The notes under the pieces were generated by a model. That model was not told where the DNA came from. It did not search any database and was given only the letters and a program-made list of their open reading frames with translations. A DNA stretch of 44,450 nucleotides. Source: an uncultured bacterium. Lineage in GTDB: Bacteria; Patescibacteriota; Minisyncoccia; Phycocordibacterales; GWA1-40-21. The DNA is taken from the NCBI GenBank assembly GCA_903850545.1, contig CAINLW010000057.1:1-44450 (forward strand), written 5' to 3'. The translations under genes were made by a program, and so were the position numbers. Of the stretch, positions 7,561 to 17,058 are shown one piece after another. Within the stretch, counting starts at the first letter, position 1. Each line of letters begins with the position of its first letter.

Positions 7561-8736
7561 ATGAATAAAAAAAGATTACATGTAATAGTATATTTGGCAC
7601 CCATCTTTTTTTCTTCTTTTTTTGTTGGATCAGTATTGGCAAATGTAACAGCACCTATTCCCAATTCTGACGGATTAAATTCTGTATTTGATAATTATAC
7701 CAAACAAGGTTATGGGGTTCTTTTACCGGATGCTAATAAAAGTATAACTAATACTACAAACACCGATTTTATTCCAATAAGTGGAGTTCTTCCTTATAAT
7801 AATTCAACTTATACTATTATCCCAATAACTAATCAAGTTGATTATAATACAGTTAACAATTCAGGATTTTATGTTTTAGCATCTTCTCGTAATCCCGAAA
7901 ACAGTTACCTGGCTTTTGATTATTTAACACAGGATTTTTATATAAAAACTCCGACTTCTGTCAATACAAACCTCGTTACTCCTGTTAAAGTTCCCGACCA
8001 AATTCTTCAAGATATTATCAACAATACAAGTTTATGTGATGAGGGATGTAGTACAGTTGGTGATGGCGAAGTCCTTTTTAATGAGGGAACGAATACTGGT
8101 GATAATAAATCAGGTTCTACTTTAAAAATGAATGGTGGAATTGAATCTACTCAAATTTCTGGAACCGTTAATAAAGCTGCGTCTGTAATATCTAATATTG
8201 ATTTTAATTATATTAATGTTTTACCTACCCTTGTTCGAGTTGTAACTAACTACATATATCGTATCAATGAACCTAACACTCCAGTTGATTGGCACACTAT
8301 TGTTTATGAGCCTCCTGCATATATTCCACCCGTTATGATTACGGCTGAGGAAACTGATACTGATTGGGATATTTATGAGGGAGGTGATGAACCTACAGTT
8401 GTAGATAATACACCAAATATTATGTTTATTGATTATAATATAGCTCATAATTCTGATTATGTTTGGGTTCCAAACACCCCAGTTCCTCCACCAGTTCCTA
8501 ACTGTGTACCTTCCGAATCAGTATTGGCTAGTAATATAAAACTTAATTTAAGTAATCCTCAGTCTGGAAAGGGAAATGTAACGATTTCTGCGGATGCATC
8601 AAACTATAAATTTTCTGGTTGGGGTGGACTGTGTGAGGGTACTAGTTCTTGTACCGTTACTAATTTAACAGCTAACAGCGCGAAGGAAGTGACTGCTGGT
8701 TTTAATATACCAACCATAAAGTCATGTGGTCAGTGA
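7561..8736 (+). CDS. Secreted protein with C-terminal InlB-B-repeat-like module (hypothetical)
   Basis: Signal peptide (VYLAPIFFSSFFVGSVLANV). Pro-rich linker PNTPVPPPVPNC. C-terminal YKFSGWGGLCEGTSSCTVTNLTANSAKEVTAGF resembles the Y.F.GW.G.C.G...C.V motif that recurs in the giant protein. Confidence 0.5.
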   Translation: MNKKRLHVIVYLAPIFFSSFFVGSVLANVTAPIPNSDGLNSVFDNYTKQGYGVLLPDANKSITNTTNTDFIPISGVLPYNNSTYTIIPITNQVDYNTVNNSGFYVLASSRNPENSYLAFDYLTQDFYIKTPTSVNTNLVTPVKVPDQILQDIINNTSLCDEGCSTVGDGEVLFNEGTNTGDNKSGSTLKMNGGIESTQISGTVNKAASVISNIDFNYINVLPTLVRVVTNYIYRINEPNTPVDWHTIVYEPPAYIPPVMITAEETDTDWDIYEGGDEPTVVDNTPNIMFIDYNIAHNSDYVWVPNTPVPPPVPNCVPSESVLASNIKLNLSNPQSGKGNVTISADASNYKFSGWGGLCEGTSSCTVTNLTANSAKEVTAGFNIPTIKSCGQ

Positions 8737-8769
8737 TCATTCAATCGTCAAATAAAATAATAATCTAAT

Positions 8770-11700
8770 ATGAAAATTAATCCTTTTTTTAGTTCAAAGA
8801 AGAATATCATAATAACTACAACAAGCATTTTTCTTATATTTTTTGGATTTTTTTATTTAGTTATTAATCAAAATAAAACTAGAATTATTCCAGACCCACC
8901 AAAACTAACATCACCAATAGAATCAAAGTCAGTATTACAAGCACCACTGGTTACAGAGACATCTTCAATTAAAGCAATTACATCAAATTTACCTGAGTTG
9001 TCGAGCATAATTATTTCGCCAAAAACATCCGTAGAAAATGTGTCAACTTCATCACTGCCATCTCCGACTTATTCAAAACAAACATATACACCAATTAAAT
9101 CTGAATATCCTAAACAGGTTATTGTCACACTTAAACCTTTGGCTGATGTAGAATCTGTGAAGGAAATTATTATAAAAAATGGTGGAAAAATAATTGATGT
9201 AAAAAACTGGCCAACAGGCAAAGTTATTATTGCAAATTATCCCGATAAAAAAACAGAGGAAGCTATTTATAGCAATTCATTATTCTCAAATTTAATGCGA
9301 GGAGTTGGATTTTCTTCTTTTGGAAATAAATTAAATGAAAGTGTAAATCTTATAGAGGAAGATGTGGAGACTGCACCATTGGCACAGATAACTGATTGGG
9401 GGGCAATCTATGTAAGGGCAGACAAAGCTTGGAGTGCCGGCGTGTTAGGAGAAGGAGTCAAAGTTGCAATTTTGGACACTGGTTCTCAGAAGGATCTTCT
9501 TGATACTTCGGCAAATATAGTAAAAGGTGCAAATTTTACAACTAATAAAACAACAGGAACAGTTGACAGCACTCAATGGGATGATGACGATGGTCACGGT
9601 ACTTCTATGGCAGGAATAATTGCAGCAGTAAACAATAATATTGGTGTCAACGGCATCGCACCTAAAGCAGATTTGTATATAGGTAAGGTTTTAGGCGGGG
9701 CATCTAGTACATGTATGAGTAGTTGTATCGTTGATGGTATTTATTGGGCAGTAAGTGAGGGTGTGGATGTAATAAATATGAGTCTAACTGCAGGAATTGG
9801 TAATTCAGCACTCGCAACCGCAGTAAAGTATGCTTATGATAACGGTGTTGTTGTCGTAGCTTCTAGTGGAAACGGAGGGCTTGATGGAGAGGGAATTAAT
9901 GCTCCCGCGATATATCCAGAGGTCATTGCTGTTGGTGCAATTGGAACTGATAACCTACGGGCCGCTTTTAGTTCTTATGGTTCACAACTTGAGCTCGTTG
10001 CTCCAGGAGACGGAATCATTGTGCCTCAGAGAGGAAATGTTTTCGGTGTAAGCAGAGGAACATCAGATTCAGCACCATTTGTAACTGGAGTGGTAGCACT
10101 TGTTTTATCTAAATATCCTACTATGACTCCAGTTGAGGTTCGTGCAAAACTGAACTCTTCGGCTATTGACCTTGGTGAACCCGGATGGGATAAATATTAT
10201 GGTTACGGATTGGTAAATGCACAAGACGCGCTAACCACAAGACCTCCTGCAAAAATAACACTCATTACTCCAAGTGGAGGTGAGCGCTGGATGAAAGGCG
10301 TTCAACATGAGATTCGATGGAGTTCGGACACTTTAACAAGTGAGGATTGGGTAAGTATCAAATTAATAAATAAGGATAACGGAGTCATGTATCCTGTTGG
10401 TATAAATATTAATAATAGTGGCAGTTTTATGCTTGCTATTCCTACGGATAAACCAGATTCTAGCAGTTATTATGTTGAGGTAAGTTGTGGAACCGATTTT
10501 ATAGGAACTTGTCAGTCATCAAAAAGTGAGACCTTCTCTGTTTTTTCACCACCTAGTACTCAAGCATTTAAAGTTTTTTCTCCAAATGGAGGTGAGAAGT
10601 GGCCACAAGGGGCGACTACATCTATAGAGTGGACAGCAAATTATCTCGGGGGATCTAATGTTGACGTTACTCTTATGCAAACACAACAAATACCAAAATA
10701 TTCTCTCAAGTCTCAGTCTGGAGATTGGGATAATGCGGTCTATCAATTTTTTGCCGAGCCTACACCCGGTTACTTTAATTGGTATTGGGTTTATAAATAT
10801 CTTGGAATTCGTGCGGACAACTGGTCCCGTGAGTCCGGTAGTTATTGGTTAGAGAAGTTACCAACTGATACTTGTGATGGTAATATTGGTACAGATATTA
10901 ATAATGGCATTTATGTATGTCCAAAAATTTCTTTATCAACGAGTACTTTTAGTTGTGTGGATTTTGCAAAATCAACAAAAAAGCCCAATGACTATTGGAG
11001 ACGTACTGTTAGTTGCGAATACAACAATAGTGATGTTGGAACAGAAGTCCCAGTATATTCTCTTGTTTTTGGCTCAGAGATTCGCACCCCATATTACTCC
11101 GGTTCGGGATGGTTTATCGGCAATCCACCAAAAGCAGATATGGTCGGTTATTTATACACGAGTAACACATCACCACCAGTAGCTCAGTATGATACTATAA
11201 GTTCAATGCCACCAGACACTTGTGATGGTGATTCCTCGCCCGCAGCAACTACAGGAATGTATTCTTGTCCAAAAACTAGCACGAGTGAACATATAAGATG
11301 TGTAGATACATGGCAGGCAACTCAGGGGATATACTATCAGGGTTATGTTGATTGTTCTTATATAAATGCAGGTGGAACAATACCACGTTATTCAATCAAG
11401 TCTCAATCGGGTGATTGGGATTATAATTCTTACTATGCATATATTGCCACCCCTTTTGTCGATAAGCCCACTCCTGCTTATTGGGTTTATAAGAATGTTA
11501 GAGATTTTAATTATTGGGATTCAGGTAAGTGGTCTGCGATCCATGATACTTGCGACGGTAATATTGGTACAGATATTAATAATGGCATTTATGTATGTCC
11601 TACCGTTTCTCCAGCGTCAAGTACTTTTAGTTGTACGGATATTGCAAGATCAAAAACTATGCCAGATAAGTATTGGGAGCGTAATGTTACTTGCCAATAT

Positions 11701-14700
11701 AATAACAGTGATATAGGAACTAAAGCACCCGTATATTCTTTTGTTAATGCGACGACCACTTGTTTTGATCCAACGTCAGGTTATTGTACGAATAGTTACT
11801 ACGGCACTAAGATGGACCTAGTTGGTTGGTATCTTGAAAATGGTGTTCCTTATATAAAATTAATACCACCCCCACCAGACACTTGCGATGGTAATGGTGG
11901 TAAGTATGTGGAAGGAGGATTGTTTCAATGTCCAACTACTTATACACAAGAACATTTGAAATGTGTAGATATATGGAAAGCATCAAATTATGATACCAGT
12001 AGTATGATTTATCAATCTAAAGTTGATTGTTCTTATGCAAAAAGTGGAACAGTTGATGTACCATATTCTCCAATACTAACAAACCCTGAGCCGGTGCTAA
12101 TAAAAGAAGTTCCTGTTAAAACACTAGCGGAAAATGCTGTAAATAAAGGATCTGCACAAGTTGTTTTACCTAGTGATATATCCGGTGACAAATATCGCGT
12201 GAAGATTAGTTGTAATAACTTTGCGGGCGAATGCACAGATGGATTTAGTACTAGTCAATTTAATATTGTTAAACTACAATCCCCAAAAACTCTAACTATT
12301 AGCAAAACTGGTATTGGTAATATTGTTGGTGGAAACACACCTTGTAACGTCAACTTGTCTTCGTGTGAACAAAAATATGAGACTTTAAATGAAGTAAATT
12401 TAACCAATGAAGTAAATTTAACTGCTGATGTACCTAGTAATTCTGGTTTGATGTTTGTTAGTTGGGAGGGGGCATGTACTGGTACTGACAAAGATAAGTG
12501 CAAAATCACGATGGATAGTGATAAAACTGTAAAAGCAAAATTTTCTAATAAATATCTTACTCTTACTGCGGTTACGGCTGATCCACTATCAAAATTTTAT
12601 GGCTGGGTCGGTGATTGTATTACTGATGGAACCTGCGAACCATTTTGGTCTGAAAAATGTGGTGTTGGGAGTGCTGATAAATGTCAAATCGTGGTAAGTA
12701 GTGATCAATCGCTTTCACCGATATTTAAATCTCTAAGTCCTTGCACAGCAGATTCATATGAATATTCAACATATGGAATTTGTGAACCAAACGGTAAACA
12801 GTATAAAACCGTTACAAATATACCAGATTGTTCAGGTGGAGTTAGTCCAACAAATTTGAGCAATAGTTGTACATATGTACCGCCAACTAATAGTATTAAT
12901 TTAACTGGTGACGCATGGTCAGACACTATTGGCTGGATAAGTTTTAGAGGAAAGACTTCTTCTCAGCCAGCTACTTCAATTTTAGGAACAACCGGTGACA
13001 ATCCTACAGCCATAACAGTAGATAAGGCTGGTAATGTTTATACAGCAAACACAGGATCAGGTAATATCACCAAAATTACTCCAACTGGTGTAGTAACCAA
13101 TATTGGAAGCTCAATTAATTCGACAACTATATTGGGGATAGCAGTCGACTCAGTTGGTAATATTTATACAACAGATGAGGAAACAAATAATGTTACCAAA
13201 ACTACCCCAGCGGGTGTATCAACTCATATTTTAAGCCCCGGTGAAGGGACTCGTGGAGTTGTAACCGATTCAGCCAACAATGTTTATGTCACGAATTCTC
13301 AATCAAATAATATTACAAAAATTACTCCAGCAGGCGTGTCATCTATTTTTGCCACAATAGCAAAATTTGGGTCTTATCCTTCTGGTATAGTTATGGATTC
13401 GGCTGGTAACTTTTATACAGGAAATGGTAATTCAAAGAGTGTTGGTAAAATTACCACAAACGGCGTATCTACCATTTTTGGAAATACAGGAATTGGTCCA
13501 TATAACATAGCAATAGATAAATTCGGTAATATTTATACAGCAAATGCAGATTCATTTGATATTACTAAAATTACTCCTGCTGGTGCAACAACCACCTTTG
13601 CAACTTTTAGTTCTAGCCCAGGTAGTATAATAACCGATTCTATTGGTAATGTTTACGTTACGATTCAAGGCGTTATTATAAAAATTTCTCAAGATGGCAA
13701 ACAAAAAATTTATGCAAGTATCGGAGCTTCCGCTATTACAATAGATTCGTCTGACAATATTTATGCAATCACGAGTTCTGATGATTCGAGCACAGTTACC
13801 AAAATATCACTTGTTGAAGGGCCAGAGTACGGTGTTTCTATGGACAAATCGACAGGGGTTCTCAATGGTTATGCGTGGTCTGATAATATTGGATGGATAA
13901 AATTTGGTACTGATTTGTCTGGCTTTCCAATTAATGATAATGGCGGATCAGTCTCAGTAAGTGCCAGAATAGTTTCAGGTAAACTTGTTGGTTGGGCAAG
14001 AGCTTGTGCAGGAATGTATGATACTGAACAAGACCAAACATCACCAAACAATAGTTGTAGTGGAAGATCTAGAACAGACGGTTGGGATGGCTGGATTAGT
14101 TTTAAAGGATTTGGTACACATGGATCTTCCTACGAAGTTTCGTTTAATAATCCAAATTTTTCAGAGTATGCTTGGGGATCTGATGTAGTAGGCTGGATTA
14201 GTTTTAATGGAACTACTGCTGATGGTAATACTTATGGAGTAAAACTAGAATCAACAGATACCTCTTTAACAGACATTTCTTTAATAGCACCACCTAGTAT
14301 AAGTGCAAGTCCTTCTTATATTTTTAAAAACAGTACATCAACCATTACTTGGAGTTCACCCGATGCAAGTTCTTGTACTTTTAAAAAAGGAGATGTATCA
14401 ATTGATATTGGCACGACTGCGACTTCTGGTTCTTATATAACAGAGAGACTTAATACCGCTACAGTTTATACTGCTATTTGTTCAAACAGCAATCATACTG
14501 CAACTGGAATAAATTCGGCGACGGTAAATATAAAGCCAAATCCTGATTGCAACATTAATAATGAATGCTCAGATGGGTATTGGGGACTTTGTATTAATGG
14601 AACACAAACTTGTGTTGATGGAGGATATAAATATACATGTGACGCTCCAACAAAAAAATGTGTTGTTGGTGGCGTTGATGGTGGCGGAGGCAGAGGCAAC

Positions 14701-15330
14701 TGTCAGGGATTAATATATTCAGAGTGGATGCCAGAAACATGTCCTGATTCAGGAGTTAATATGGGGCAACGCACAAGAACAGTAATTGATGGATATCCAT
14801 CAGGGTGTAACACCGATGAAGATTTTAAAATGTTAATTCAAAAATGTACTCAAGGTAGTTCAAAATGTGAATCATATTCTTATGATTGGGGTTCGTGTCT
14901 AGGTTCTGATGAAAAAGAAACAAGTACTTTCGGCACGATGACAGTGACGGGAATACCTCTCGGATATCCAGAAGGTTGTTCTGGAGGTGAAGTTGAACCA
15001 ATAACATCCCAATCTTGCGGTTCACTTGTCCCAAAATCAACTTGTTTAGTTCCAGAAAATAATATTGTAAATAAAAATACACTTTGGAAGATAACACAAT
15101 CTTTTGATCCACTAAGTATTATAACCAGAAAATGGAGTGGTAAAAATGTATCCCAAACTTCTGGAGATATACCATATTTAAATAAAATTTATACAAAAGT
15201 TGGATTAAAAGATATGAACGTTGAAACAACCGGAACTATCTCAGTAGATTCAGTGGTACAAACATTTACATCATATTGTTCAACTTCAACAATGATGAAA
15301 CTAGATGACGGGGCGAATCAGGAGAGGTAA
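8770..15330 (+). CDS. Giant (2186 aa) membrane-anchored subtilisin-like (S8) serine protease fused to repeat, NHL-propeller, Cys-rich and PKD-like modules
   Basis: Order of parts: N-terminal TM helix; I9-like propeptide (VIVTLKPLADVESVKEIIIKNGGKI); S8 triad Asp in VAILDTGS (codon 9475), His in HGTSMAGIIAA (9595), Ser in GTSDSAPFVTG (10063); two P.GGE.W...I.W Ig-like modules; a 226-aa super-repeat x2 with DTCDG motifs; two InlB-B-repeat-like modules; seven GN(I/V)Y(T/V).....(I/V)TKITP.G blades (12960-13810); GYAWSDNIGWIKFG / GWISF repeats; four-Cys modules; PKD-like C-terminus. Confidence 0.85.
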   Translation: MKINPFFSSKKNIIITTTSIFLIFFGFFYLVINQNKTRIIPDPPKLTSPIESKSVLQAPLVTETSSIKAITSNLPELSSIIISPKTSVENVSTSSLPSPTYSKQTYTPIKSEYPKQVIVTLKPLADVESVKEIIIKNGGKIIDVKNWPTGKVIIANYPDKKTEEAIYSNSLFSNLMRGVGFSSFGNKLNESVNLIEEDVETAPLAQITDWGAIYVRADKAWSAGVLGEGVKVAILDTGSQKDLLDTSANIVKGANFTTNKTTGTVDSTQWDDDDGHGTSMAGIIAAVNNNIGVNGIAPKADLYIGKVLGGASSTCMSSCIVDGIYWAVSEGVDVINMSLTAGIGNSALATAVKYAYDNGVVVVASSGNGGLDGEGINAPAIYPEVIAVGAIGTDNLRAAFSSYGSQLELVAPGDGIIVPQRGNVFGVSRGTSDSAPFVTGVVALVLSKYPTMTPVEVRAKLNSSAIDLGEPGWDKYYGYGLVNAQDALTTRPPAKITLITPSGGERWMKGVQHEIRWSSDTLTSEDWVSIKLINKDNGVMYPVGININNSGSFMLAIPTDKPDSSSYYVEVSCGTDFIGTCQSSKSETFSVFSPPSTQAFKVFSPNGGEKWPQGATTSIEWTANYLGGSNVDVTLMQTQQIPKYSLKSQSGDWDNAVYQFFAEPTPGYFNWYWVYKYLGIRADNWSRESGSYWLEKLPTDTCDGNIGTDINNGIYVCPKISLSTSTFSCVDFAKSTKKPNDYWRRTVSCEYNNSDVGTEVPVYSLVFGSEIRTPYYSGSGWFIGNPPKADMVGYLYTSNTSPPVAQYDTISSMPPDTCDGDSSPAATTGMYSCPKTSTSEHIRCVDTWQATQGIYYQGYVDCSYINAGGTIPRYSIKSQSGDWDYNSYYAYIATPFVDKPTPAYWVYKNVRDFNYWDSGKWSAIHDTCDGNIGTDINNGIYVCPTVSPASSTFSCTDIARSKTMPDKYWERNVTCQYNNSDIGTKAPVYSFVNATTTCFDPTSGYCTNSYYGTKMDLVGWYLENGVPYIKLIPPPPDTCDGNGGKYVEGGLFQCPTTYTQEHLKCVDIWKASNYDTSSMIYQSKVDCSYAKSGTVDVPYSPILTNPEPVLIKEVPVKTLAENAVNKGSAQVVLPSDISGDKYRVKISCNNFAGECTDGFSTSQFNIVKLQSPKTLTISKTGIGNIVGGNTPCNVNLSSCEQKYETLNEVNLTNEVNLTADVPSNSGLMFVSWEGACTGTDKDKCKITMDSDKTVKAKFSNKYLTLTAVTADPLSKFYGWVGDCITDGTCEPFWSEKCGVGSADKCQIVVSSDQSLSPIFKSLSPCTADSYEYSTYGICEPNGKQYKTVTNIPDCSGGVSPTNLSNSCTYVPPTNSINLTGDAWSDTIGWISFRGKTSSQPATSILGTTGDNPTAITVDKAGNVYTANTGSGNITKITPTGVVTNIGSSINSTTILGIAVDSVGNIYTTDEETNNVTKTTPAGVSTHILSPGEGTRGVVTDSANNVYVTNSQSNNITKITPAGVSSIFATIAKFGSYPSGIVMDSAGNFYTGNGNSKSVGKITTNGVSTIFGNTGIGPYNIAIDKFGNIYTANADSFDITKITPAGATTTFATFSSSPGSIITDSIGNVYVTIQGVIIKISQDGKQKIYASIGASAITIDSSDNIYAITSSDDSSTVTKISLVEGPEYGVSMDKSTGVLNGYAWSDNIGWIKFGTDLSGFPINDNGGSVSVSARIVSGKLVGWARACAGMYDTEQDQTSPNNSCSGRSRTDGWDGWISFKGFGTHGSSYEVSFNNPNFSEYAWGSDVVGWISFNGTTADGNTYGVKLESTDTSLTDISLIAPPSISASPSYIFKNSTSTITWSSPDASSCTFKKGDVSIDIGTTATSGSYITERLNTATVYTAICSNSNHTATGINSATVNIKPNPDCNINNECSDGYWGLCINGTQTCVDGGYKYTCDAPTKKCVVGGVDGGGGRGNCQGLIYSEWMPETCPDSGVNMGQRTRTVIDGYPSGCNTDEDFKMLIQKCTQGSSKCESYSYDWGSCLGSDEKETSTFGTMTVTGIPLGYPEGCSGGEVEPITSQSCGSLVPKSTCLVPENNIVNKNTLWKITQSFDPLSIITRKWSGKNVSQTSGDIPYLNKIYTKVGLKDMNVETTGTISVDSVVQTFTSYCSTSTMMKLDDGANQER
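10690..12060 (+). repeat. Intragenic tandem super-repeat (2 x about 678 nt), each unit containing two DTCDG modules
   Basis: Unit 1 starts near KYSLKSQSGDWD and unit 2 near RYSIKSQSGDWD. A 44-nt stretch GGTAATATTGGTACAGATATTAATAATGGCATTTATGTATGTCC is identical at 10879-10922 and 11557-11600 (offset 678 nt), while the flanks are diverged. Confidence 0.85.
12388..12423 (+). repeat. In-frame 18-nt tandem duplication
   Basis: AATGAAGTAAATTTAACC followed by AATGAAGTAAATTTAACT, encoding NEVNLT NEVNLT. Confidence 0.9.
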
Positions 15331-15332
15331 AA

Positions 15333-15369
15333 TTAGTATATAGTATATGTATTTAGTATAAGGTATAAG
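15333..15369 (+). repeat. GTAT-rich post-stop element, copy b
   Basis: TTAGTATATAGTATATGTATTTAGTATAAGGTATAAG starts 3 nt after the TAA of the giant gene. Confidence 0.7.
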
Positions 15370-15417
15370 AAGATACAATAAAAAAGAGTTTGTTATTAAC
15401 GAACCCCTATTAATTGA

Positions 15418-15446
15418 TTGTTGTATAGCAATGGCATGGCTATAAA
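15418..15446 (+). promoter_or_regulatory. Putative promoter of the Lnt-like gene
   Basis: TTGTTG, 17-nt spacer, TATAAA, 29 nt upstream of the ATG at 15475. Confidence 0.3.
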
Positions 15447-15474
15447 ATATTATTCTTGATAAGATAATACTTGT

Positions 15475-16980
15475 ATGAAAAAAATCTATTTTTACTCTTT
15501 TTGTTCAGCTTTTATTCTCTTTTTATCATCTTTTGTGTTTGGTTTTTGGCTACTCGGTTTTATAGCGATTGTTCCATATTTTTATATTTTGAATGAAAAT
15601 AAACAAGTTTCATTAAAAAGTATCTTTTGGTCAAGTTTTCTTTTTGGTTTTATTTTTTCTTTTCTCATATTTGGATCTGTGCTTTATAGTTGTGCGTTAT
15701 TATTATTCATAATTGCGCTTGTTTGCGCGATTTTTTTTGGAATTTTTGGGGTCGTTTATACACAAATTAAGCAAAATAATATTTATGATGTTCTAATATT
15801 TGCATCATTATGGGTTATTTTTGAGTTTGTTCGTCAATTGGTTTTTCAAGACTATGACTATACAATGGTTGCTTTCATCGCACATTCATTCAATCCCATT
15901 TTAAGTTTTGCTAGTATCGGCGGAAGGTTTCTTGTTTCATTTATTATAGTGCTAACTAATGCTTTTATAGGTTATTTTATTATTAATAGTATTAACAAAA
16001 AATCAATAAAAGTTTTAATTGTTTGTTTTTTCGTTCTTTTGTTTATAGGTTTTTCAAATAACGTTTATTTAAAATCAGGAAATGGTAGCGGAACAGAAAT
16101 TTCATTTTCTAGTATCCAATCAAAAAATTTTAATGAGTATTCGGAAATGAAAGATGGAGTTTTTGTTTTAAATTCAGCAACAGAATCTTTGATAGGTGAA
16201 GCAGTTAAAAACCATCCGGACTATATTATTTATCCATTTAATATTGTTAAATTAATTACAATATATAAAAATAACCCTTTTAGGAATGATTATGTTAGCG
16301 GAACTTTTGAAGATATAAATAATATGTTTAAGAAAATTATTCCGCCAAACACTAAATTTATTCACTGGTCTGACACGGTGAGGGAAGAAGAAGGGTACAA
16401 CATCTTTGATGAAACTGATTTTTTTCTTAATGGTACTACTACTAACTATTATCAAAAAAGAAACATACACCCATTTTATGAACTCACCTCAGATTATTTT
16501 AGGGGAGGTGGAGTGATTAAATATCCGTATGAATATACAGCATCAAAAGAAGATAAATTGGTAATTTTTGATAAGGTGAGATTTGGCAATTTAAATTGTT
16601 CTGAATTAAATTATTCATATTTGGCAAGACATGACAGCTTACTAGGGGCCAATATTATTTTATCTGTTGGAAATTCATCAATATTTGAAGATCATGTTTT
16701 AGGAAATGCTCATTTGGTGTTATCACAACTTCGTGCAACAGAAACCAATCTCCCATTCATACGAAGTGATATGAATAGTTCGTCTGCATTTATAAACAAG
16801 AAAGGTGTTGTTGTTTATGAAGCAAAATCAGATAAAGATCATTTTTTGAGTGGAAAATTGTTTGTGGAAGACAATCCTAAAAAAACTATCTATACATATT
16901 TTGGAGATTATCTTTTCATATCGTTACTTTTTGTCTATTTGTTTTATATTGTTCTTGTAAAAACACAGGAAAGACATTAA
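15475..16980 (+). CDS. Apolipoprotein N-acyltransferase (Lnt)-like polytopic membrane protein with CN-hydrolase-type C-terminal domain
   Basis: About 200 aa of N-terminal TM helices. The C-terminal FGNLNCSELNYSYLAR...ILSVGNSSIFED...LRATETNLPFIRSDMNSSSAFINKKG parallels the Lnt block ICYE...NDAWF...RA.E...P..R..N.G.SA.I...G, including the catalytic Cys position. Final TM helix at the C-terminus, as in Lnt. Confidence 0.55.
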   Translation: MKKIYFYSFCSAFILFLSSFVFGFWLLGFIAIVPYFYILNENKQVSLKSIFWSSFLFGFIFSFLIFGSVLYSCALLLFIIALVCAIFFGIFGVVYTQIKQNNIYDVLIFASLWVIFEFVRQLVFQDYDYTMVAFIAHSFNPILSFASIGGRFLVSFIIVLTNAFIGYFIINSINKKSIKVLIVCFFVLLFIGFSNNVYLKSGNGSGTEISFSSIQSKNFNEYSEMKDGVFVLNSATESLIGEAVKNHPDYIIYPFNIVKLITIYKNNPFRNDYVSGTFEDINNMFKKIIPPNTKFIHWSDTVREEEGYNIFDETDFFLNGTTTNYYQKRNIHPFYELTSDYFRGGGVIKYPYEYTASKEDKLVIFDKVRFGNLNCSELNYSYLARHDSLLGANIILSVGNSSIFEDHVLGNAHLVLSQLRATETNLPFIRSDMNSSSAFINKKGVVVYEAKSDKDHFLSGKLFVEDNPKKTIYTYFGDYLFISLLFVYLFYIVLVKTQERH

Positions 16981-17010
16981 AAAATAATATTACGACAATA
17001 TTATTTGTTG

Positions 17011-17019
17011 TGATATAAT
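17011..17019 (+). promoter_or_regulatory. Putative extended -10 element
   Basis: TGATATAAT lies 40 nt upstream of the ATG at 17059. No convincing -35. Confidence 0.3.
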
Positions 17020-17058
17020 ATAAAACATAATTTAATAATTACTAATTAATATATAAAA

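Noticed and set aside
6309-8736. The tail-collar gene as part of a prophage.
   Set aside because: No capsid, terminase, portal, integrase, baseplate or lysis genes lie nearby. The neighbours are secreted cellular-type proteins and a pilus operon.
10879-11600. The 44-nt identical pair as a template/variable repeat of a diversity-generating retroelement.
   Set aside because: There is no reverse transcriptase in the window. Both copies are coding and identical rather than differing at adenines. They belong to a larger tandem duplication.
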